Positions 39,501 through 53,612 of a stretch of 64,000 nt of DNA are shown one piece after another; the stretch's first letter is position 1; each line of letters starts with the position of its first letter. The DNA is from an uncultured Candidatus Saccharibacteria bacterium (GTDB lineage Bacteria; Patescibacteriota; Minisyncoccia; Phycocordibacterales; SBAW01), in the NCBI GenBank assembly GCA_964482995.1, contig CAYZZC010000001.1, positions 4,867 through 68,866 of the forward strand. Direction: 5' to 3'. The translations under genes and the position numbers were made by a program. Under the pieces are notes generated by a model. The model made no database searches. It was not told the DNA's origin and saw only the letters and a program-made list of their open reading frames with translations.

Positions 39501-42049
39501 GCGGCGGAGAAATTGACGCTGGCAGCGGCAATGGCGGCAATGGCGCAGCTGGCCAAATTGTCATCACCGTATACACCCAAGGTTCTGCACTCTCAAGCGG
39601 CACCATCAACACCGGCACCGCAGGCCAACTCGCCTACTTTGCCGCAGACGGCACCACAGTCTCCGGCACCTCAACACTTTTCATTACACCAACCGGCAAT
39701 GTCGGTGTCGGAACAACATCGCCATATGCTCTCCTCTCTGTAAACGCAGCATCTACTTCCGTATTACAGACCCTCTTTGCCATCGGCTCCTCAACCAACA
39801 ATGGAGCAACCTCAACACTCTTTGTAGTCAACGCCAACGGCAGGGTGGGGATCGGGACAACGAGCCCAGCGAATCTCCTAGCATTGGCGGCAACTGCTTC
39901 GACAGCACTGTCACTCGACTTTACTGACAATACGAGTTTGTCGCAGATTCTTTTCAATCAGTCGGGTACAAACTATGGTTTTATAAACCAACTAGGATCA
40001 AGTTTTTCAGATGCTACGCGTGCGGGGAATCTTGAGATAGGCTCAACACTTGGCGCGGGAGGAGTCGCATTTCGAACTGGTGGTGTCCAGCGCATGCTTA
40101 TAAATTCTTCGGGCAACGTCGGTGTCGGCTCCACCACTCCATATGCTCTCCTCTCTCTCAACGCAGCCTCAACCTCAGTACTCACCACCCTCTTTGCGAT
40201 CGGTTCCTCAACCAACAACGGCGCAACCTCGACACTCTTTTCTATCTCAAACACGGGCTCTACCACTGCCTCAAACGGTTTCAATATCACCAGCGGTTGC
40301 TACGCCATAAACGGCGCGTGTATTGGCTACACGGTAAAGCTCGCGGCGATCTACGCGACATCAAGCTCTGGCACCACAACCGTTGCCTTTACCGGAGCCG
40401 CAGGCAGCGCGCCGAGTTTTTCTGCGGCCGCGCTCACGCTTCCTAAAAATACTTCGTACTATGTCGTTGAGGTGTGGGGAGGTGGCGGCAATGGTGGTAA
40501 TACCTCAAACAACAATACTAATAAAACCGGCGGTACCACTTGCTACAGCAACAACGCTGTCGCTTGCGCATCTGTCTTGCTCCAAGCTACAGGCGGTGCC
40601 GGCGGTACAGATGCGCAGATAAATGGTATCGGTGGTGCTGGCGGTGTTGGGTCAGGGGGTGATGTAAATATGATTGGCGAAGGGGGTGGTAATGGTTTTT
40701 TTGGTGTTAATGCTGGTTCCGCCGATGTAAATTCATTGGGAGGAAAAGGAGGTTCTGCGGCTGGAGGTGGCGGAGTCGGAGGCGCTGGTGGTACAGGAAA
40801 CCCAGCCGCCGGTGCCGATGGTAAGGCTTTTGGCGGCGGCGGCGGCGGCGATGGCGATAGCACCGCTGCCAGTGGTGTAGGAGGCGGTGGTGGCGGCGGC
40901 GGCGGGTATTCTAAAAAACTTATTTCCAATAGCGCTGCAGCAACCTTTACTATTGGTGCTCCTATCGGTGCCAATGTCGGTGCCTCCAACGGTGGTGCGG
41001 GAGGTGTTGTCATCACCATATACGCCACCTCCTCTGCCAACGCGGCGGGCAACGACTACGCAGAAATGTTCCCCGTGAGCAACCCTATTATCGGGGCGGG
41101 GGATATTGTTGCTGTCGACACTGGCATGCCAGTTTCAATGAAGCTGGCGCGGGCAGGCGACACCGCGCTTGCGGGCGTTATCTCGACTGAGCCGGGGCAG
41201 GTGTTGGGGGACATCAATGCAAGCGGCATGCGCCCGGTCGCGCTTTCTGGCCGCGTGCCAGCAAAAGTAAATCTTGAGGGCGGCGAAATCAAAATTGGTG
41301 ACCGCATCGCGCTCTCGTCTCTGCCAGGTGTCGGCAAGAAGGCGAATGCGTTTGAAGACTCAGTTGGTATCGCGATTGAAAACTATACTGTCAATTCGAC
41401 CTCCGGCACCGTGATGGTGTTCCTCGATTTGCAACGGGGGATCGATGTAGAGGCGGTCGGCCAGGTGCTCCTCGGGCTTCCAGTTGTAACTATCAGCACC
41501 AGCACGAGCCCGGTAGTTACTGTCTCGGAAACTACGAGCACCAGCACAGCGACGACCACAGAAACAATTTCAACCACCACTCCTTCCTCCGCATCATCTA
41601 CGCCGCCATATGTATTTGCGACGAGCTTCCTCACGCAGCTTGCGCATATATTTACCAGTTGGTTTGCAAGCGCGGGTAACGGGATCGCAGATTTATTTGC
41701 AACCACTATTCATGCTGAAACAATCTATGCAAAGTCGGTACACACCGAGGAGTTGTGTGTGGGGAGTGTCTGTGTGTCACAGGAGCAGTTTATGTCGTTG
41801 GTGCAAGCGGGCGGCATTAGTACCAGCACAAGCGCGCCCACTCCGCCACCTCCTACTGAGCCAACATCAACCCCGCCTGAGCCCGCACCAGAGGCCGCCA
41901 CAACCACACCTATAATAGAAGGGTCGACCCCAACAGAACCAACTTCTGAACCAGCTCTGCCGGTAGAAACTTCCTCCGAGCAGCCTATTATGCCTGCAGA
42001 TATACCTACAGAGCCGCCAGCACCCGTTGTTGAGCAAGCACCATTATAA
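33599..42049 (+). CDS. Giant (2816 aa) membrane-anchored surface protein with N-terminal cytoplasmic HTH, one TM helix and modular repetitive ectodomain
   Basis: Uninterrupted 8451-nt ORF. Residues 1-60 form an excisionase/MerR-like HTH (ISAKEAAKILGYAPEYVAHLCRSGQLAAQRKGNAWSINKVSVEAF), and residues 90-113 a TM helix. Then Ser/Thr/Asn/Gly-rich beta-solenoid-like regions with about 20 copies of a 14-residue NTAxGxxALxxNTTG repeat. Three large modules each have a poly-Gly block (VEVWGGGGGGG...GGYS.ETFTT.GQRYYTVG). A conserved C-terminal domain (DYAEMFPV...GDIVAVDTG) is followed by a Pro/Thr-rich tail. Confidence 0.8.
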   Translation: MDELNFISAKEAAKILGYAPEYVAHLCRSGQLAAQRKGNAWSINKVSVEAFQELVKQEQELRSKTLSRQLRKENKEKKGIPFFFSNKSLVSRVALGAALFVMFAVGVQAVGVASNNNAGITAALGQVESPFFGANPFSLFSNLFSKFFAQAPTKITAPDTKPLPVASSTVVTNNINNTTTTNNNTYNTNNTYTYTTAGVSAIEFDTKINGLRQEIFSSINSVQGPYSSGGVTNNIAASQKIDKLSGVTISNSTVHSLSGLTDADVPDTITVSQYLPLLGGTVSGDLTITGTCTGCGGGGSGDNDWSYFNNSGVRLATTTNQVLIGGSATSTFAKLQVVGGAVIDFATTTSFFSSTSSSTESYTTTATISTANIGLATTTQFFGSNLSVCQGGNLLTWNGGLFGCAADQTATGAANPFTWSNNYGVISAATTSPLWAQNGLFASSTSHFANGDFAGTLGVGTSTPFALLSVHATSTTNFATLFAVSSTSAGGGSDTTLFVVNKNGNVGIGTSSPSYQLTQKSAAAEEKSSLGAELLDSTSWTSTGWTGDFNVGFTNTGGNTNNLSRTTTTLTGVYYYITFTISGMTTGRLNVSLGYATTTDDAGGYYQNGSYTFGPSPTVSNGPIQFIPSSGFDGTVSAISMKLVSAYNPTYAILDSTGASTIETRSSTASLFNTFIGVGAGRLNYNGSINTALGYQALYSNTTGVDNIALGYRALYSNTTGTDNAGIGPQALYSNTTGYRNTAIGYQALNANTVGGENTSVGFSALKTNTTGAANTAVGENALLRNTTGSSNTAIGQRSLYSNTTGTNNVANGTIALYSNTTGSNNTASGYQTLYYNTTGSGNVANGLQALFNNLSATNTVAVGYRSGYGLGGRYYNLGGTYLGYQAGYAAANSSDYNTFLGYRAGENVATGAGNIIIGANIAATSSTATNSLNIGNLLYGTGVYSSSGTSPATSSAPVINGMLGVASSSPFAKFSIHANNGGTNTTLFAIGSSTQTSTTTLFKIDNTGSSTLLGIASSTGLIVSGLNAASCDLKGDVNGAIYCGTDATTAGAAAFTWEDNFAQISAATTSAIWAKNGLFASSTSRLSTTTFIGSVGIGTTTPASLFSINGVANFQTGTSTIYENLNVRGQLKVGNDSIYLNGAATSTFTKGLDIAAGCFSIGGTCVGGSGSSPGYILSSIYSTTSPGTTTISVTGSAGSAASFSAAVLTLPSDTAYYVVEVWGGGGGGGDGGGNGGGGGGGGYSKETFTTTGQRYYTVGAGGAGGTTGSGSSGGSSCFGTNAIACASPELQATGGSGGGGGGGGNGGAGGTGSGGNVNFVGGAGSDELSEAVAAADNHSGVGGDAAGGGGAGAKGVSSNGQAGDAGTAPGGGGGGGEDTDGTSGDGDGGAGGSGGFIIYVYTPSGNVVTGTINSGTAGQVTYYAADGTTISGTSTLFITPTGNVGVGSTSPFSKLSIHANNGETNTTLFAIGSSTASATSTLFMVNAQGSVGIGTSTLNAKFVVSSSGSTASVLQIDRSGASTQANLEFLSNGARKWAIYKTNASENLSIYNYTISADALTIASTSNNIGIGTSSPWRKLSVEGSSDLGINALAGFFTATTSTASVFPYASTTMVTAATASSTNLIVSSAGGAAGCATFSTNGTISNTGTACGSGSGTFSFTPTTNFGVDVNSTSTPLWFTQGLFASSTSRLSTTTFIGSVGIGTTTPGSLFSINGVANFQTGTSTLYENLNVRGQLKVGNDSIYLNGAATSTFTKGLDIAAGCFSIAGTCVGGSGSSGTLDSKVFATTTTGTTSVIFTGAVDSDPSFSAAVLTLPSNTAFYVVEVWSGGGGGGGDPGGSNGGGGGGGGGYSRETFTTIGQRYYTVGSGGLGNTGSGAGTAGGSSCFGTNSTACTSPELSATGGNGSSAGGGGGAGGVGSDGNVNLTGQEGVSGSAASGDGGTGAFGGVGGAGGDSGATGIVPGGGGGGEIDAGSGNGGNGAAGQIVITVYTQGSALSSGTINTGTAGQLAYFAADGTTVSGTSTLFITPTGNVGVGTTSPYALLSVNAASTSVLQTLFAIGSSTNNGATSTLFVVNANGRVGIGTTSPANLLALAATASTALSLDFTDNTSLSQILFNQSGTNYGFINQLGSSFSDATRAGNLEIGSTLGAGGVAFRTGGVQRMLINSSGNVGVGSTTPYALLSLNAASTSVLTTLFAIGSSTNNGATSTLFSISNTGSTTASNGFNITSGCYAINGACIGYTVKLAAIYATSSSGTTTVAFTGAAGSAPSFSAAALTLPKNTSYYVVEVWGGGGNGGNTSNNNTNKTGGTTCYSNNAVACASVLLQATGGAGGTDAQINGIGGAGGVGSGGDVNMIGEGGGNGFFGVNAGSADVNSLGGKGGSAAGGGGVGGAGGTGNPAAGADGKAFGGGGGGDGDSTAASGVGGGGGGGGGYSKKLISNSAAATFTIGAPIGANVGASNGGAGGVVITIYATSSANAAGNDYAEMFPVSNPIIGAGDIVAVDTGMPVSMKLARAGDTALAGVISTEPGQVLGDINASGMRPVALSGRVPAKVNLEGGEIKIGDRIALSSLPGVGKKANAFEDSVGIAIENYTVNSTSGTVMVFLDLQRGIDVEAVGQVLLGLPVVTISTSTSPVVTVSETTSTSTATTTETISTTTPSSASSTPPYVFATSFLTQLAHIFTSWFASAGNGIADLFATTIHAETIYAKSVHTEELCVGSVCVSQEQFMSLVQAGGISTSTSAPTPPPPTEPTSTPPEPAPEAATTTPIIEGSTPTEPTSEPALPVETSSEQPIMPADIPTEPPAPVVEQAPL

Positions 42050-42059
42050 AAAATAATAA

Positions 42060-42092
42060 GGCCGCGGCGGATTAGATCCGCCGCGGCCTTTG
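42060..42092. terminator. Bidirectional rho-independent terminator after the giant gene
   Basis: Perfect 11-bp stem GGCCGCGGCGG-attagat-CCGCCGCGGCC followed by TTTGG. A-rich upstream. Confidence 0.65.
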
Positions 42093-42098
42093 GCTCGG

Positions 42099-42605
42099 CT
42101 ATGCCGAGTGAGTTGCAAGTTTGTTGCCGGCCTTCAGCCGGCTGGGCGGCTTCGGCGTGCATGCGGCAAAGTACATCCCACAAATATATAAGGCAAAACC
42201 AAGGAGGGAAGGGATATCTCTCATAGGTGGACCAAAGCCAAACTCAAGACATCTCATCACCCAAAAACTTGTATTCAAGATAAATAGAAGCACAAACACT
42301 GTCCGTTCAATGCCGTGAGGGGCGAAATTCCGCAACGGGTTCATACATTTACCAAATGACTCACTTTGTTTCTCCGCCTTTTCGCAGGACTTAACTAGCT
42401 TGTAGAAGATTGGTAGCACTAAGATGCCGCAAACGATATTTAGAGAACTCAGGTTAAACCCCACAAAGACAAAGAATAAGACTGCCGAGAGAGTGATAGT
42501 GTCCCTTGCCAACCAGAAGTTGTTCTTACCGGTCTGGTCCATCCACCAGTCGGCGATTGTCTGGAACACATTGTCCAGTATTAAAAGATCAAGCTTCTCA
42601 AGCAT
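42099..42605 (-). CDS. Hypothetical polytopic membrane protein (168 aa)
   Basis: Four predicted hydrophobic helices. No recognisable motif. Confidence 0.45.
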   Translation of the reverse strand: MLEKLDLLILDNVFQTIADWWMDQTGKNNFWLARDTITLSAVLFFVFVGFNLSSLNIVCGILVLPIFYKLVKSCEKAEKQSESFGKCMNPLRNFAPHGIERTVFVLLFILNTSFWVMRCLEFGFGPPMRDIPSLLGFALYICGMYFAACTPKPPSRLKAGNKLATHSA

Positions 42606-42775
42606 TGTGGCCTCCTCTTGCCTTGAGATTTACTAAAAAGACAATACACTATAATTTATATTTGTCAAAGCGGTTAAAACAACTATTTGACCCATTGCCG
42701 GCCTTCTGTTAGAGTACCCGTATCCCGCCCCAGCTGCGGGTATTTTCCCCCCATTCTGGGATATTTTTAAGAAAC

Positions 42776-43210
42776 ATGCTTACTATCCGCCTACAACGCG
42801 TTGGCCGCAAGAACGACCCTTCTTTCCGGGTTATTTTGGTTGAGTCTAAGCGCGCAGCAAAAACCGGCAATTACCAAGAGATGCTCGGCTCCTACGACCC
42901 GCGCACAAACCGTGTCGACCTTAAAGCAGACCGCATTAAATACTGGCTAAGCCAGGGGACCACGATCTCTGACACGATGCACAACCTCCTTGTCTCGCAG
43001 AAGGTGATCGAGGGGAAGAAGATCAACGTGCTCCCGCGCAAGTCGCCGCCAAACCTGTCTGCGCAGGCAGAAAAAGAGGAGGCAGTAGCAGCGGCTGTAG
43101 CCGCAGCTCCCGTGGCGGAAGCGACACCTGAGGCAGCTCCAGAAGAAGCTTCGCCAGTGGCGGAGCAAGCTGTGAGTAACGACGTTGCTGTAGAGACCCC
43201 CGCACAATAG
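42776..43210 (+). CDS. rpsP: Ribosomal protein S16 with Ala/Pro/Glu-rich C-terminal extension
   Basis: MLTIRLQRVGRKNDPSFRVILVESKRA...YDPRTN is the S16 signature. Confidence 0.85.
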   Translation: MLTIRLQRVGRKNDPSFRVILVESKRAAKTGNYQEMLGSYDPRTNRVDLKADRIKYWLSQGTTISDTMHNLLVSQKVIEGKKINVLPRKSPPNLSAQAEKEEAVAAAVAAAPVAEATPEAAPEEASPVAEQAVSNDVAVETPAQ

Positions 43211-43263
43211 AATAGAGCAAGGCACTCGCCTTTATTTGCTTTTACTAAATTAAATATACAGAC

Positions 43264-43638
43264 ATGGCAGAGAGAGATCAGGAATTTTTAGAGTTTGTAG
43301 TAAAAGGGTTGGTTGAGCATCCAGAGGCAGTTAAGGTAAACCGCACGGTAGACGAGATGGGTGTGCTTTTGGCACTCGACCTCCATGCAGACGACATGGG
43401 CAAAGTGATCGGCAGAAGCGGCAACACCGCCAAAGCGATCCGCACGCTGCTCCGCGTGGTAGGGATGAAGCACAATGCCCGCGTTAACCTCAAGATCAAT
43501 GAGCCGCCGGGAGGCCAGCGTGAGCAGGCCGCAAGCGGCGGTGTCGCTGCCCAGGGTTGGGACGGCAGCCACGAGGTGCCTGCATCTCCTGCTATGAAGT
43601 CGGTAGACGAAGCGATGGACGACCTCTCAAAGTTCTAG
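43264..43638 (+). CDS. KH-domain RNA-binding protein (UPF0109/YlqC-like)
   Basis: MGKVIGRSGNTAKAIRTLL contains a KH GxxG loop. Conserved position between rpsP and trmD. Confidence 0.7.
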   Translation: MAERDQEFLEFVVKGLVEHPEAVKVNRTVDEMGVLLALDLHADDMGKVIGRSGNTAKAIRTLLRVVGMKHNARVNLKINEPPGGQREQAASGGVAAQGWDGSHEVPASPAMKSVDEAMDDLSKF

Positions 43639-43669
43639 ACGTGTAGCAAAATTTGATATTGTGTAGCTT

Positions 43670-44401
43670 TTGTGGTATTTTGCGTACGTGAATTTCCACG
43701 TCGTAACCCTATTTCCTGAAGTGATTGAGGCGTACACGAGTGCGTCTATTTTGGGCCGTGGAAAAAAGGAGAAGAAATTTAGCGTAAAGACGTATCAGAT
43801 GCGCGACTTTGTTACCAACAAGTGGGGCAAGGTAGACGAGCGCCCCTACGGCGGCGGGCCCGGCATGGTGGTCCAAGCCGAGCCGGTCATTAGGGCAGTT
43901 GAAGCAATCCAGAAAAAGATTCAGAAAAAGAAAAGCATAAAAGAAAAAACAAGAGATAAGAAAAGTATGATATATCATACTTTTCTTATGCCAAAGGTGA
44001 TTATTACTTCGGCTGGGGGGAAGCCCTTGACTAACGCTTATGCTAAGTCGCTTCTTAAAAATAAAGACGTCATTATTATCTGCGGCCGCTACGAGGGGAT
44101 CGATGCTCGCGCTAAAAAGGTTTTAAAAGCAGAGGAGGTTTCGGTGGGAGACTATATATTGACTGGTGGTGAGGTGCCGGCGCTTGCGATAATCGACGCC
44201 GCTGCGCGGCAGATCCCTGGTGTGCTCGGCAAGTTTGAGTCGCTCGAGGAGTCTCGTGTAGCTTCCCACGACACCTATACTCGGCCTGAGGTTTTCATAT
44301 ATAAAGGAAAGAACTATCGCGTACCCAAGGTCCTCCTCTCCGGCAACCACGCCAAGATGGACAAGTGGAAGGAAAAGAAGCGCAGTAACCCGGCCTCATA
44401 A
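43670..44401 (+). CDS. trmD: tRNA (guanine37-N1)-methyltransferase
   Basis: VVTLFPEVIEAY...RPYGGGPGMV...ICGRYEGIDAR...GDYILTGGEVPALAIIDA are TrmD SPOUT motifs. Start may be the GTG at 43688. Confidence 0.88.
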   Translation: MWYFAYVNFHVVTLFPEVIEAYTSASILGRGKKEKKFSVKTYQMRDFVTNKWGKVDERPYGGGPGMVVQAEPVIRAVEAIQKKIQKKKSIKEKTRDKKSMIYHTFLMPKVIITSAGGKPLTNAYAKSLLKNKDVIIICGRYEGIDARAKKVLKAEEVSVGDYILTGGEVPALAIIDAAARQIPGVLGKFESLEESRVASHDTYTRPEVFIYKGKNYRVPKVLLSGNHAKMDKWKEKKRSNPAS

Positions 44402-44420
44402 CCCATTGTTGACAGGCTGC

Positions 44421-44448
44421 TTGACGGCTGCCTTTGAGGGAGTATACT
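44421..44448 (+). promoter_or_regulatory. Candidate promoter TTGACG-16-TATACT upstream of rpoBC (long 5' leader follows)
   Basis: TTGACG at 44421-44426 and TATACT at 44443-44448. About 210 nt of leader before the ATG at 44658. Confidence 0.4.
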
Positions 44449-44657
44449 TGCGAATGAAACCAACGGGCGTCCCGCCAAGGCGGGGCAGATTGAGTATCGA
44501 GTGGGGGTTTCGATACAATTAAAGTGGTAGAGGTAACTACCTAACAGTGCTTCATTTTTGAGGCAGGGAGCTTGATGCCCCCGCTATTTTCGCGTTTATG
44601 TGCTGTGGATATCTTTTGTTGCAAACTTTATTAATGTGCGATTAGCATAACCCCCCT

Positions 44658-51509
<6,852 letters not shown>

Positions 51510-51537
51510 AAAAGCAACAAAAGTATAAAAAGATAAA

Positions 51538-51564
51538 CGGCGGGACCTTGGTCCCGCCGTTTTG
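51538..51564. terminator. Rho-independent terminator after rpoBC
   Basis: CGGCGGGACC-ttg-GGTCCCGCCG perfect 10-bp stem followed by TTTTGG. Confidence 0.65.
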
Positions 51565-51579
51565 GCTCAATATCGTCGG

Positions 51580-51783
51580 CTATTCGTCTGGTGGAGTTTT
51601 TATTCCTGCCCAGGTGACACTGCCTAAACCAATTAAAAGGAGAAAGGCAGCTACTCCATAAAGGACGTTATTTCCTTGGCCTGGAGTTGAGTACCCTCCG
51701 TAATATTCCTTGTTGACGACAACGCTGATAACTCCCGCTACCAGCATGCAGCTTCCAATAATCTTAATTTTTTTTGGCGACAT
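51580..51783 (-). CDS. Possible small two-helix membrane protein (67 aa)
   Basis: ORF with two hydrophobic segments. No other support. Confidence 0.3.
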   Translation of the reverse strand: MSPKKIKIIGSCMLVAGVISVVVNKEYYGGYSTPGQGNNVLYGVAAFLLLIGLGSVTWAGIKTPPDE

Positions 51784-51887
51784 GATTTATCCTTTCCTGT
51801 AGCCGACTATTCATACCCATTATACTCCTAATTAACTATATTGTCAAGTCGATGGGACGGGGCGGGCAGAGTACACTATCAATACCT

Positions 51888-53582
51888 ATGGACACGCCGG
51901 CGCAGCAGATAAAAGAAAAGCTCAATATTGTTGATGTGGTAGGGCAGTATGTGACCCTCAAGCGCGCAGGGCGCACCTACACTGCGCGGTGCCCCTTCCA
52001 CAATGAAAAGACGCCGAGCTTCCACGTCTCACCTGAGCGCGGCACCTACAAATGCTTTGGGTGCGGCGAGGGCGGCGACATATTTTCTTTTGTAGAGAAG
52101 ATGGAGGGGATCGATTTTTTAACCGCGCTCAAGCAGCTTGCCGAGCGGGCGGGAGTTACTCTTGAAAAGAAGTTTGTACAGAACCCCGAGCACAAAGAGC
52201 ACGACGAGCACTTAAGAGAGGTATGTGAAGAGGCGACAAAGTTTTTTGAAGCAACTCTCGCAGAAAAAAAGGAGGTGCGTGAGTATCTGCACTCGCGTGG
52301 AGTTACCGACGAGACCATACGCACGTGGCGCTTAGGCTATGCGCCCGCAGCTTGGGAAGAGCTCTCAAGGTATCTCTCGGTAAAAGGGTTTTCTAAAGAC
52401 GATATGGTTGATGCCGGCTTTGCAGTAAGGTCAGAGAAAAAGCCGGGCGAGATCTTTGACCGCTTTCGCGGGCGCATAATCTTCCCTATCTTTGATGCTG
52501 CGGGCAGGCCTATTGGTGTTTCAGGGCGGTTTTTTGAAAGAGTCCCGGGGCAAAAAGAAGAAGGAGAGCCAGCTAAGTATGTAAACAGCCCCGAGACAGC
52601 ACTGTTTAAAAAATCAAAAACACTCTACGGGTTTGACCGTGCCAAAAACGCGATCCGCAAAGCAGATTGTATTTTGCTTGTGGAGGGGCAGTTTGACTTG
52701 GTGCTTGCGCACCAATCAGGCCTGCCCTTTACAGTAGCGCTCTCTGGTACGGCGCTTACTGAAGACCATCTACACTTGCTCTCGAGGCTCTCTAAGCGTC
52801 TTGTGTTGGCCTTAGATGCCGATGCTGCCGGTGTGCGCGCAGGGCTCCGGAGCGCAGAGATGGCGCTTAGAGCGGGGTTTGATGTAAAAGTGCCAACCTT
52901 CCCCGAGGGTAAAGACCCGGCAGATATCGCACGAGAGAACCCCGAGTTGCTCAAAGCAGCGATACGTACTTCTAAAACCGCAGTCGAGTTCTTTCTCGAC
53001 GCACTGTGGCCGGGGGCTAGAGATGAGCGGGCATATAAAAAAGCAGTTGAGCTGCAAGTGCTCCCGCTTATAGCGAGCATTGGGAGCAAGATCGAGCAAG
53101 AACACTTTGTCCGTGTGGTGGCGCAAAAACTCGGCGTGTCAGAGGCGGCAATACTGAGCGAGGTCGCTAAACGGCCACGGCTGCAGCAGGGGGACACCAA
53201 CATAACTGCAGAGATAAAAGACTTGGCACAAGCAATTGAGCAGACTCCGCTTGAGCGCGCGGTGGGCATGTTGCTTGCACGTTATCCGCTCAATAACCCG
53301 CATCACGAGCAACTGGTAGCGTTGGTGGGTGCTGCGCGTGCTGAAGCCGCAAAAGCAAAGTCAAAGGATGAGGAAGAGCGGCTGCGGTTTGCATTTGATA
53401 TGTTGGGAGAAGATGTTGAGCAGGTAACCCAAAGTTTGTTTCATTTGATCGAGCGCAAAATAATCCAAGAAAAAATTACCGCCCTGCAAGCAGGATTACG
53501 GCAGACAACCACTACCGAGCACAGCACGCTCTTGCGCGAGCTCGCAAACCTGAAACGAAGGGAGGAAGAACTTAGACAATAA
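51888..53582 (+). CDS. dnaG: DNA primase
   Basis: Zinc-binding domain CPFHNEKTPSFHV...KCFGCGEGGD. TOPRIM (LVEGQFDLV, ALDADAAG). The listed ORF begins 36 nt earlier. Confidence 0.9.
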   Translation: MDTPAQQIKEKLNIVDVVGQYVTLKRAGRTYTARCPFHNEKTPSFHVSPERGTYKCFGCGEGGDIFSFVEKMEGIDFLTALKQLAERAGVTLEKKFVQNPEHKEHDEHLREVCEEATKFFEATLAEKKEVREYLHSRGVTDETIRTWRLGYAPAAWEELSRYLSVKGFSKDDMVDAGFAVRSEKKPGEIFDRFRGRIIFPIFDAAGRPIGVSGRFFERVPGQKEEGEPAKYVNSPETALFKKSKTLYGFDRAKNAIRKADCILLVEGQFDLVLAHQSGLPFTVALSGTALTEDHLHLLSRLSKRLVLALDADAAGVRAGLRSAEMALRAGFDVKVPTFPEGKDPADIARENPELLKAAIRTSKTAVEFFLDALWPGARDERAYKKAVELQVLPLIASIGSKIEQEHFVRVVAQKLGVSEAAILSEVAKRPRLQQGDTNITAEIKDLAQAIEQTPLERAVGMLLARYPLNNPHHEQLVALVGAARAEAAKAKSKDEEERLRFAFDMLGEDVEQVTQSLFHLIERKIIQEKITALQAGLRQTTTTEHSTLLRELANLKRREEELRQ

Positions 53583-53612
53583 GGCCGCTGCATGCTATAG
53601 TACTGACCATCA

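Noticed and set aside
39190-39618. Pro-rich antisense ORFs (for example 39190-39618, 40543-41052, 37612-37794) inside the giant gene
   Set aside because: They are reverse-strand translations of the Gly-rich GGN repeats (poly-Pro artefacts). They lie fully within a much longer, better-supported ORF.
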